DNA of 64,000 nt from Orbicella franksi (Eukaryota): positions 29,760,001 to 29,824,000 of the forward strand of contig OZ116701.1 in the NCBI GenBank assembly GCA_964199315.1, given 5' to 3'. The stretch's first letter is position 1, and each line of letters begins with the position of its first letter. The position numbers and the translations under genes are program-made. The notes under the pieces were generated by a model, which saw only the letters and a program-made list of their open reading frames with translations, was not told where the DNA came from and ran no database searches. Below, piece after piece: positions 1 to 10,464 of this stretch.

Positions 1-12
1 CTTCTTTTTTAG

Positions 13-774
13 CTCGTGTCATTTAAAGTGAATCCTTACACGTGGCATCCGAAATCTAGAGATATTAAATCTTCTGTTCTCGACGTAACGTTAAAAAACG
101 TCACCTCAGGAAAACCGCTCCATGTGGAGGGCCTCACCAAACCCGTGGAAATGTACATTAAGAACTGGCAACGTGAAAAAGAAGAGAATCTCGAGAAACA
201 GAAGCCACAGCGAGAGTTCTATGTTAAACCAAGTCCCTCAGACTCTATAAAAAACATGCGCTATCACAAGATTTTTCTCCCTTATGGCGATGCCGAGGCA
301 AATATTAGGATCATACCGGCAAATAACCAGGAACTTGAAATATACATCAGATACAAAGCAAGACCTACACCGGCAGAAAATAACTTTGCAACGATTGTCC
401 CGAACTTTTCCTCCTGCTTTAGCTACACGGAACACGATGGATTCTTCGACTGCCAATCCGATCCTTATCTGTTTACTATATCACCAAAAATAACCGGACA
501 CACAGGTACTCACTTTCTGGGTATTCGTTACGTTGTAAAATCCATCGAGAAGAACAATACGAAAACCGATACACGCAGAAGAAGGAGATGTCGTGATACC
601 AGCGGTCGTCAGAAACGGTCATGCGTAGAGGTGAAGAGTCCTCCATCTGTGGAAAATACTGGGAGGTTAGAGTTCCAGAATGGTTCTGACGTAAAGTATG
701 ATCTGTTTGTTACCATGGGAGCATGTATGTATTGGTCAGTGGAGGACGACGAGTGGACCAGCAGAGGGTGTCAG
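13..774 (+). CDS. Gene A exon: GAIN B-subdomain with twin furin-like sites and first half of GPS
   Basis: Acceptor ttttttag|CTC at 12/13, donor CAG|gtatat at 774; ORF 16..801. Confidence 0.9.
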
Positions 775-3700
775 GTATATAAAGTTTCATGCATTGCATG
801 AGGCATGTACTGGTGTACTCAGTATGTCCAATTTGCCGAACAGCTCTACTCTTTTAAGGCTATTAAGACAGCCCTAGTGTTCTGTGCAGCGTACTGGAAA
901 TATGCCTCAGAAATGAATTGTTTCATTTCGATTCTTCCAAATAACACCTGCAACGTTCTTAAGATTGCAGATTAGTGGGATAGTGGGTCCTAAGAAGTCT
1001 TGTAATAAGCATATTGCATGCAACAGTCGGCTGCTAAGATTCCTTCTACGCCTATCCTTGGGCCAGACTGAGAGCAATTTTTTCGTCTTGAAGTTGTTAA
1101 AAAATTATCGATTTTCGGTTGGGGGTTCTGGTAAGTGCTTGCGTGGTAAGTACAAGTCCGATGGATAGAAAACTCAGAAACTTCGCTCTTGGTTAGATGA
1201 AAATTGCCATTATGTTTTGCTTTTTGTGGCTTTCGCCTTTTCAAATCATTTCTCTCTTTCAGGCATTAATGTATCAAATCACTCTGGCTCTTAACTCATT
1301 CTCAATCAATTCATTGTTAGATTCTTTTCACCCACTGAAAATTAAAGGTCACCAATTTATCCAAGGAAGGATTTCGCTAATTGAGAAAACATTTGGTAAT
1401 GAGCTTCTCGTTCAATTAACAGTTCATTTTAATCTTTTATCTTTCAAAAGGTTGGCAGTCAGGCTACACCAGCTAAACTTCATTGTTTATGTACTCACCT
1501 GTCTGCATTTGGTGGAGACTTATTTGTGGCGCCAAATCCAATCGACTTTGACAAAGTTTTCGCTGAGTTTGGGAAACTGGGCGAAACTGGGAACTTTGTC
1601 GTCTTGTCCTTTGTTTGCGTGGTGTTTGGACTGTATGCCATTGGTCTTGTTTTCGCGAGAAGAGCTGATAAGAAAGATGATTTACAGGTACCAGATCAAA
1701 CTTTTCTCCCTTATAGACCTCGTATATATCGTTTTACTTCTTCTGATTTTCTCGTGTGAGACACACTTGCCTGCTTGCTTTCACTCTGGACAGGGCTGTC
1801 TAGGTTGCATCACTGGCCGGGATCATGCTTACTATGCAACTTAAGTGTCCTTAAATAAGCGGACGCTGAACTTGCATAGCACCTCTCCGCCCAGGCTCTC
1901 CACATGTATTTTCAATTTTAAAAAGTAATCAGCTATCGGTTTATTCACTTAAACTAGTTAGCTTTAGAGTGATTTCTTTTACTTCTGGAGTAAAAGAAAT
2001 GGTCATTTAGGTCTTTGCATCTTTGTTCGCAGTTCAAATATATGATCTTTCATATATTTATCTCCATGGAGGAGTGAAACGATATGGTCAAATCCGGAAA
2101 TTTAGGGAAAAAAATCTGGTGGCTTTTCAAAATAAAAGATTAGAGCTTCAGTTTTAGAGAGATATCAGTATCTAATTTTTCCTAACAAAATAAAAGTAGC
2201 ATCAATACATTTTTTTAAAAGCAGAAAATAAATACACAAAACAATCAAAGCACCAAATCCAGCCTGAGACTAAATCATTCTCAGCTGAAAATTAAATACT
2301 AAATTGTTCATAACCAAAACAAAGAAAGACAAACACGCAAGAATAAACAAGCAATAATGGCCAATTAATGAAAGTAATGGATTACCGCAACTTATTTAGG
2401 AAGAAAAGTACGTATGAATATCGGTATCGAGAAATATTTACATTTCGAAGAAGGGTTTGAAAAAGACCAAACCAACGTCATGCAAATAAGGAGGGAATTT
2501 CTGAGCTTCCGTTACAATAAACTATATTCATTCATTTCTATATTTCAATTTTCTGCTTTAAGGTTGCACCGAACATCCATCTCAAGCCAAGAGGTGACTG
2601 TACTTACTCTTACGACATCTCCATCCAAACAGGTATCTGGAGAAACTGTGGAACCACAGCGAACGTGACTATCATCCTTTTTGGTGAGAACGGGTGTACG
2701 CCCCCAATTCTGTTAACACAAAGTCAGCTAGAAAAGAAGTTCTTCGCTCGAGGAAGTGTAAACACATTCACTCTTCACCTTTCAGAATCCCTAGGCTCGT
2801 TGTTCAAAATTAAAATCTGGCATGACAACTCAGGAGAAAGTCCGGCATGGTTTTTCCATCAGGTGTTGGTCACCTGCAATGGAACTGACGATAAGTGGTA
2901 TTTTCTTGGCAACAGATGGCTTGCTCTTGAGAAAGGCGACGGCAAGATCGAGGTCGAGATCAGATGCGCGGGAAAAAAAGAATCCTTATCTTTCAGTAAT
3001 CTGTTCTATTTTAGGGGCGCCAAAACTCTTGGCGAGAAGCACCTATGGTTGTCGTTGTTCACTAAAGCTCCTCACAACACTTTCACACGATGTCAACGTC
3101 TTTCGTGCTGCCTTTCAATCTTGTTTGCAGCTATGGTTACCAACGCCATGTTTTACAAACAGGGCATTGAACCCGAAGACACGTTCAGACTTGGCCCTAT
3201 TCGGCTATCGTGGACTCAGATCAAAATAGGGCTCCAGAGTGGGCTCGTTTCCATACCTGTCAACGCCCTCGTTGTTGCAATATTTAGGAATATAAAGCCA
3301 CCCGACTCGAAAGAAGGTGACCGTCACGAAGTCAACGACGATGGAGAGAAACCGACTGGCTGCTTCCCTCGTTTCTGTGTTTATGCTGGCTGGGCCCTTT
3401 GTCTTATGACATCATTGGTGTCCGCTGCCTTCGTTGTTTTCTACAGCCTTATGTGGGGAAAAGAAGTAGCCAATCAGTGGCTTACTTCTGTCATGATCTC
3501 GTTTTTCCAGGACATAATATTGATTCAGCCAGTTAAAGTAGTGATTGTGGTATCGCTGTTGTCACTCATCATTAAAAAGCCTATCGAAAACGACGAAGTT
3601 TATGGGCAAGGGCACTCCAATCAAAATATGGATAAGAAAATCATTTCCTATCCTCTAAGAGAGGAAGAACTGCACAAGGTACGCTCTGTGAGCGTTTTAA

Positions 3701-6700
3701 AGAGTAGATTTATCAAGGCAGTGACAGAAATGGTCATCTTTGCTTTGTTCATATTTCTTCTAATGATGGTGTGTTACGGTAACCGTGACAGTAAGAGATA
3801 TGCACTCACAGAGGCAGTAAAGCACGTCTTCATACAATTTGACAAGGTATGGTGTTGTCTATTACAATAGTAGTACAATAGTCCATGGTGCAACCGCGTA
3901 GCTAAGATGGGACGCACAACTGTCAGCAAGTGCACAAAATCACTCCCTAGTTGAATTGATGTGGAGAAGCCAAACATTTTCCCCAGGGTACGTTCACTGA
4001 CTGTCTAACGTGACCATATATCAAGTTATATGAACACTCGGCAGCTAATCTTTATTTTTAGTTATATCTCTGTTTTTGTATAATCAGTGAGAAATGTCTT
4101 GAATGACTGAGATGGGTCTGATGTGTTCTTAAGAAAGTCAGTTCTTTGACAGGGATTGATTAATGTTGGGGCGCAAGTTTTTTGTATCGAACGAAAACGT
4201 TTTAGCAGTGTGATAAACTTGTTGACTAAACAATTAGCGGTTTTCACATTTCTGGAAGTATTCTATACGTTATATTTCTTAAGCTATGACTTAAATGAGT
4301 TATGGATGCTACTTACGTCTAACAGGTAGATAGCATAGAGTCCTTCTGGATTTGGACGAGAGAAAATCTCGTGCCAGGCCTTTACGACGTCAAGTGGTAC
4401 AATGGAAAGCCCTTTTCTTACAAGGAAGGGTTTATCCGCAACAGAGAGGCGTTCATGGTAGGAATGCCGAGACTTAGGCAAAAGAGATTTAAAAAGGGTA
4501 AGTGACTCAAGCAGTTTTTTTAAATAGGTTCTGTTCTGCAGGTGTCCAGCCTAAATGATAGTGTGGTGGATTCCAAACGGAAAAGTCTGATCAGAGTTTC
4601 GGCTAGCGACGTTCTGTTGTCAGTGTTCGTCAATAGTACCAGGCAATGTTAGTAAATTTTAGGGCAATCTGAAAGTACTTCGGAGGAAATAGGTGTGTTC
4701 AATTCATTGCAAGTTCCAGAAACCATCATTAAGCATCAGCACCGACCGAGAAGCCATCTAAAAGTTTAATACATTGGAGCTAAAATTATTGACGATATGT
4801 TTAGCAGAAATGTAGTGAGATTCCAAAGCATATTCTCAGTACAATCATGACCTTCCTAAACTTGCAAGATCGTTACCATGTCGTCCAAAAGCACTCTTCA
4901 GTTTGTCATATAGGACGTATTTTTCGAATCCCAAAAAAGACCTCATGACATTATTCGAATTTCTTTCTGAGGTAGGCATATTTTGAATCAGTGGATCGAG
5001 CTAGGAATGACGACAATAGCCCCGTTTTGATTTTTGAATGCCACACCGACAATCTAATAATGGGAAGGCAGCGGGGAGCACGGATTTTCAACATAAAAAA
5101 AAAGCAGGAGGCTTGTACTGTAGATAGTACTTTCCAGAATTTTTTCAGAAGACATCACTTCTGTAGATAGTCATCACATAAAATGGGAGGTGGCTTCCGT
5201 TTTTCCAAGAACTATTTTTTTCGCTATAGATATTTTCTTTCACTTTTCATCTTTTAATTCTCAGACGCCAACTGTAAGATAACTCCTATTGAGCCACAAG
5301 TTGCCCGGCAGTTTCCTCGATGCATATCACACCTCAGCTCAAGCACTGAAGACAGAACTAAGTATCACTTGCGAAAATGGATTCCAGTCCACAATCACAG
5401 CGAATTCGAACAGCAATTCAAACTACTCTATCTCTGTCCCAGGCCCTGGCGTTATGAAACGGCCGAAGAGTTAAAAACGTTGTCGTTCCAGGGTTTGATG
5501 TCAACATATTCGGGCGGCGGTTTCATCGCTGATCTTGGTTACAACACAGAAGATGCGCTACGTGTAATCGACAACTTAGAAATAAATGATTGGATTGATA
5601 ATATGACGGCTGCTGTCTTCGTAGAATTCACCATTTATCAGCCAGCCAGTTCTTTATTCAGTGCTGTGAAGTTCTTGTTTGAGAGGTTTCCAAGTGGAGG
5701 AACAAACACCATAACAGAGGTCAAAACGTTAACGGTTTACTCACCCAAGGATCCGACCTTCCGTGGCCTTTACGAGACTTGCCATTTATTGTTTATGTTA
5801 CTTATTCTCATTTGTGTGGCTACCGAAATTGGCAAAGTATACCAAGAAGGCTGCACGTATTTAAAAAAGCCCTTGAGTTGGCTCGAAATGGTCCTTTTAA
5901 CAAGCTCCTTCGTTTCCCTGGCCATGTTTTTCTTAAAAGAAACATACACGAGCGAATTCATTGCCAAGGTCCAGGAAAATCCATTTCAAAGCTGGAGTAT
6001 GGACAACATTGCATTGTGGTCAGATCTCGAAGTGACGCTGTTGGCATTTGTTGTGTTTTTAGTGACGATGAAACTCCTGAGGATTATTCGCTTCAACCCA
6101 CACATTATTCAAATGAGAATGACTCTAGCCATAGCTTCGAAGCACTTTTTGTCGTTTACGTTCGCTTTTATGACAATAATCACTGCATACGTCTCGCTTA
6201 CAGTATTAACGTTCGGGAGAAATGTTTATGAATACCGTTCATTTGCACGATCATTCAGCTCTATTCTGTTGATGCTAATTGGCTCCAAAGCACCTTTCCA
6301 CGAACTGCAAGAAGTCAGTATTATTATTGGACCTTTTTTCGTCTTAGCTTACATGGTGACCATAGTAATGATCTTTCTGAACATGTTCTTGGCTATACTT
6401 AATGACGCTTACACGGAGTCTCGTGAAACTGGACAAAAAGGGCTCGAAGACTTAAAGCTTTCGAAATACATCAAGGTGAAAACTAAGAAAGTCGCCAAGA
6501 AGACCAAAGTGGAGGTAATTAAAGTTCTTCAAGCACTTCCTCAATTAGTACGTCAAAGGCAGCCGACAACTGCCGTGACATTTGAGGACGAGGTTACAAA
6601 TGCAAGTTCTTCTGATGAAAAGGACGAGGACTCTGCATTTCGAGAAGAAGATAACCCTTCCCTCACCGATATAATAAGATTGCTCAGCGACATAAGAGAT

Positions 6701-6955
6701 GATATTGACAATTCTGTACTGTCCATCGACGATGTCGTTCCCATGGTAACGATTCATGACCCAGACAAAAAATGGTATCGAACTGGTGGTTCTTTGGACG
6801 ATTTTCGATTTTATTCATCTTCTTCTTTGTTCAGCAGTGACTCAGACAGTGCAATTTCAAAATCAGACAACTTTATTTACCACGGAAACAAATACATCAA
6901 TCTGATTGACGAATGGAATCGTAAAAATGCTGAAATGGGCGAAACATTCGTTTAG
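13..6955 (+). CDS. PKD1L2: Gene A: polycystin-1-like receptor/channel (PKD1L2-like; exact orthology not established), 5'-partial, last 5 exons
   Basis: Exons 13-774, 1451-1687, 2563-3846, 4326-4497, 5265-6955 join in frame through GT-AG sites (4146 nt, 1381 aa + stop). Motifs: GPS CMYW..WTSRGC..HCLCTHL/S, PLAT (IQTG..GTTANV, WHDNSG, NRWLA), TOP, channel with S6 LNMFLAILNDAY. Upstream exons lie outside the window. Confidence 0.93.
1451..1687 (+). CDS. Gene A exon: GPS cleavage motif (HL/S) and TM1
   Basis: aaag|GTTGGC...TTACAG|gtac; VGSQATPAKLHCLCTHLSAFGGDLFVAPNP; 237 nt, same length as in genes B and D. Confidence 0.92.
2563..3846 (+). CDS. Gene A exon: PLAT/LH2 domain and TM2-TM6
   Basis: ORF 2665..3870 extended to acceptor ttaag|GTT; donor AAG|gtatgg. 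Confidence 0.92.
4326..4497 (+). CDS. Gene A exon: start of the extracellular TOP domain
   Basis: VDSIESFWIWTRENLVPGLYDVKWYNG..GMPRLRQKR; not in the ORF track; 172 nt, phase 0 to 1, as in gene B. Confidence 0.9.
5265..6955 (+). CDS. Gene A last exon: rest of TOP, S2-S6 channel, cytoplasmic tail
   Basis: Acceptor ttctcag|AC; ORF 5369..6955 with GGGFIADLG, WIDNMTAAVFVEFTIY, KLLRIIRFN. Confidence 0.93.
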
Positions 6956-7081
6956 TGACTTTGTTTAAAGGAATAATTAAACTTATTTCTTGATGAATGC
7001 TAAGATCACTTTTATGGTCTGCTTTTAGTAACAAAAAAGACACGCATGTAAAGTGAAAGCTTAAACTAAGACCTTGTGGTC

Positions 7082-7087
7082 AATAAA
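7082..7087 (+). promoter_or_regulatory. Candidate polyadenylation signal of gene A
   Basis: AATAAA about 125 nt after the stop codon; supported by position only. Confidence 0.4.
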
Positions 7088-7105
7088 GGACTGGATAAAT
7101 ATGGG

Positions 7106-7220
7106 TTATTGACCAAGCGAGAGGTCAAGATTGCTGGATATTGGCCAAGTTCTTTTTTTTTTCCTTTTGCGTGCTTATGGACCTACACAGAGTCGAGGTC
7201 CATAAACATACAAAGAAAGG

Positions 7221-7252
<32 letters not shown>

Positions 7253-7410
7253 AAGCTTGGTCAATAAAGGATTTTATTACATGGAAAAAGACCACTATTT
7301 TCCTGCGGGATACAGCGGGTAATCCCGAGTGGGCAAGATGGCGCCAACCTACCGTCTTGGGTAGCCAATCACAACACAAGATTCGGTTCATCTCGCCCGC
7401 TCACGGGACT
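7106..7410. mobile_element. Palindromic MITE-like repeat with 3' extension
   Basis: Arms ttattgaccaagc..ggtcaagattgctggatattggcc (from 7106) and ggccaatatccagccatcttgacc..gcttggtcaataa (to 7267); inner hairpin ttatggacct/aggtccataa; the right boundary is approximate. Confidence 0.7.
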
Positions 7411-8910
7411 GTTGGCTTCCCTGGGCTTCCTGGCCTTGTACATTGATATGTTTAAATAAATTTATAAAGGGCAAAAAAATTAAAGCAAGAACAAGAACAT
7501 TGCAATTGTATAGGAAAAGGCAATTACAATTTACCTTTTCATAAAGCCTCACTCTATTTCAAAACACAGAACAGAAACCAACGATAATAATTGGGCTTTA
7601 ATTCAAGTCACTTTCCTGTGTGCTGAAAAGCAACAGGACAGTTAAAAACTGCTTGCGAAGGCATTGCTCAGTTTGTTACAGGCGTACCTATGGGGGTATT
7701 CTGTGATTTCAGTATTGTTAAAAGCCGTTAATTTTCAATAAACTGCTGGCAATGATATCCTGCGCTACTGTAGGCACGAAAACCTACCGGCAGCACTGGC
7801 TACATAAGCTTACATAGAAACCGTCTTTAAAAGAGAGGAATGCGAGTGAGTCACGACTTATCACACTGAGAACAATACGTCCTACACATTACCTCTTTTA
7901 ATTGCATTTTGCCTTACTTATTAATGTATCATGCCACTAATTAGGAAAATAACCCGGAGAATATCGGCAAGTCGGCTAGCAAGGTAAGTGTTTCCATATT
8001 CTTTACGGTTTCTTTTCAGTTAACATGATGAAGGTTTTTGCAGAGTGTTGACAATATAACGGCACATATAGGATTTATAAATACTTCGGTAATTAATCCC
8101 GCTCGATGTGAGCAATACATGGCGGAGATCTTTCATCCACACTGTAGTGGGTAGATCATCTGTTGAAACACTGAAGTTTGGAGTAGTTCACAATACTCAA
8201 GTAAACGTTTCAATAAAATAATAAAACGGCGCTCCGACTCGCGATTGTTGGAAAGACAAAAGTCATCTCGTTCAGTCATGGAACCGCAATAGACGAACGA
8301 TGAAAATGCATTTAGCTCTACATTAGTCAGTTTGTACTACACTGAAAAGGCTACATATAACAAATAACAACCTATGACTGTTTTCTGCTCTGTCTTGTGA
8401 GTGTCTTCGATCAACGGCAAACGCAAATCAATAGGGGAATAGGGGAGAACGCGTCCCTAAATCAATTTATTTACAGTAACAGAATTATGTGTGGTACTGA
8501 CGTATTTAAGTGCATTCAAAAAATAATGTCGTCTTTTCGTTTCATCTTTTATGTATCGCTTTCAGCATATGAAAGAAGGCGTCTGTAGGTATATGCCGTT
8601 AACTGATTTCCGGAATATCATATTTTTTCTTCCTCTTGGTCAAGTTTTGGATAAGTCCTCTGTTATTCTCCACAGTACGTCCTATATTGTCAAAATATAA
8701 ATAATTGTTTTAAAATAAAAGGAATTACAAAACATGCATACTCAAGAAGATTAGCATTCTACCCAGCCAGTTTTAAGACCTTTAAAATTACAAATAATAA
8801 TCGAATTTCGCTTGTTTCCCCTTTCAAAACTTCCCTCTTTAAGTAATGTGTTTAGTTTATTGAGAAAACAGTATTTGTCGTAGTACTCTAGGTAAATATA
8901 ATTTTGGCAT

Positions 8911-9088
8911 ATAGAGTGTTTTCACGTGACGTCACGGCAGCCATATTGGTGTTCCAAAACAATGCAACAGCGATCTTGTTGGTGTACCAAACCAATCCTG
9001 TGAGAGTTGAACTCTTTTCTGTGTAAACACTTTATTTTGTTCCAATAAATTTGCATGGGTGTTGGCCACCTGAGTGAAAACGCTCTAT
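8911..9088. mobile_element. MITE with terminal inverted repeats
   Basis: atagagtgttttcac (8911-8925) / gtgaaaacgctctat (9074-9088); non-coding interior. Confidence 0.75.
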
Positions 9089-9240
9089 TACATCGTTTTC
9101 TTTGCTCAAACATCAAACAACCAGGGCTTCAATTTATCTGGCAAATTAAGGAATCTACGTGAATAAATTCTCCGACGTGGTAAGTTCTGAGTGCCAGAAA
9201 GAAGTGCGAGAACTACTTACATTATGCTTTGCGTTCTTAT

Positions 9241-9535
9241 GGAGATGATAACCTTCCAGATATGTATTTAGTTAGTTTATTCCCACTTCGCCTGTAAATA
9301 AGAAGACAATAAGAAGTCATCTTTTATGTTTTACACGCACATACAGGCCACTCTGCACACGAGAGTTGTCTCTGCATACGAGACAGAATTGCGACTAGTT
9401 ATATCGTGCTTTGCTTTCTTACGGAAATGATAATCTTCCAGATATGTATATTTTTCTTTCTCACTTCGCCTGTAAATAAGAAGACAATAAGAAGTCATCT
9501 TTTATGTTTTACACGCACATACAGTCCACTCTGGA
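9241..9535. repeat. Direct duplication of about 115 bp, period about 182 bp
   Basis: gatgataa.cttccagatatgtat..cacttcgcctgtaaataagaagacaataagaagtcatcttttatgttttacacgcacatacag.ccactctg occurs from 9241 and again from 9423. Confidence 0.9.
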
Positions 9536-10002
9536 CAACTATGGGCTATTTACACGCACACCGTCCAAAACCTCTTATTCGTAAGTTATGAGAAATTAAT
9601 ATAAACCACAACATGATACAATTAAGGTTTCCGCGGATATTTTCAGTTGTTCACGCCTACTAAATGTAGCAAATTTTTTTGGAGGAATTTTCTGGAGGAA
9701 AAATCGTTTAAAATTACCCGTTAATTAGTTTTGCCTGTACCCCGGCAAAAGTGTTAGATTTACAAGTCTTCCTAAAAGCTTTCTATTGTTGACGCAGGGA
9801 AAAAAGAGCAGTATTCAAACTGAAATAGGGGCTTATGCAGACGGAAATCATGCTCGAATGGGAAAGTCTGAAGGCTGATTAAAATAACAAAAGAAACTTT
9901 TTATTACATAAATCCAGTAAAGGTGCCAAATGAACACTCTGTACGGGTTTCGGAAAGTAATGTTCTATAAATCCCGCATTATTCAATTCTTCTTGCATTC
10001 GC

Positions 10003-10464
10003 TTAAGGTAGCTCAAAAAACTTTCCAGTACTTTACAAGACTGGTGGACGGATGTACGCTATAACCACTTTTAATCAGTTGATTCTACGTTCATAGTATC
10101 ATTAAAATTCCCAATCAAATTACTTAAATTTTCGAAAACTTAAGATGGCTTTGATCTCCCATATACAAAATGTTTGCAAACTCTGCCAAACGTTGCATCT
10201 TATCCTGCTTACAAAAATTCGATAATAAAACAATGGGTTTTACGGTGTGGATTTTGTAATATGAGTATTTAAAGCTAAAATGAAGGGTTTTTTAGCAAGT
10301 CATACTGTTGCTATGAGAACCTTTTTTGTCATGAAAAACAAACCGTGTTCACCAATGATTGGGCAGATTGATGCCATGATTGTAGCATCAACTGATAAAG
10401 AGTGGTTATAATGACCCATCAAAATCTAAGTCTTGGAAAGCGCTGGAAACTGTTTTGAACTTAA
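10003..10464. mobile_element. TTAA-flanked non-autonomous DNA transposon (Kolobok-like)
   Basis: TTAA+ggtagctcaaaaaactttccagtacttt at left; aaagcgctggaaactgttttgaac+TTAA at right (imperfect TIR). TTAA target with purine-purine terminus is the Kolobok pattern. Confidence 0.6.

Noticed and set aside
965-1844. ORFs 965..1168, 990..1244 and 1197..1844 as separate genes
   Set aside because: They overlap gene A introns or the real GPS exon in another frame; low-complexity products
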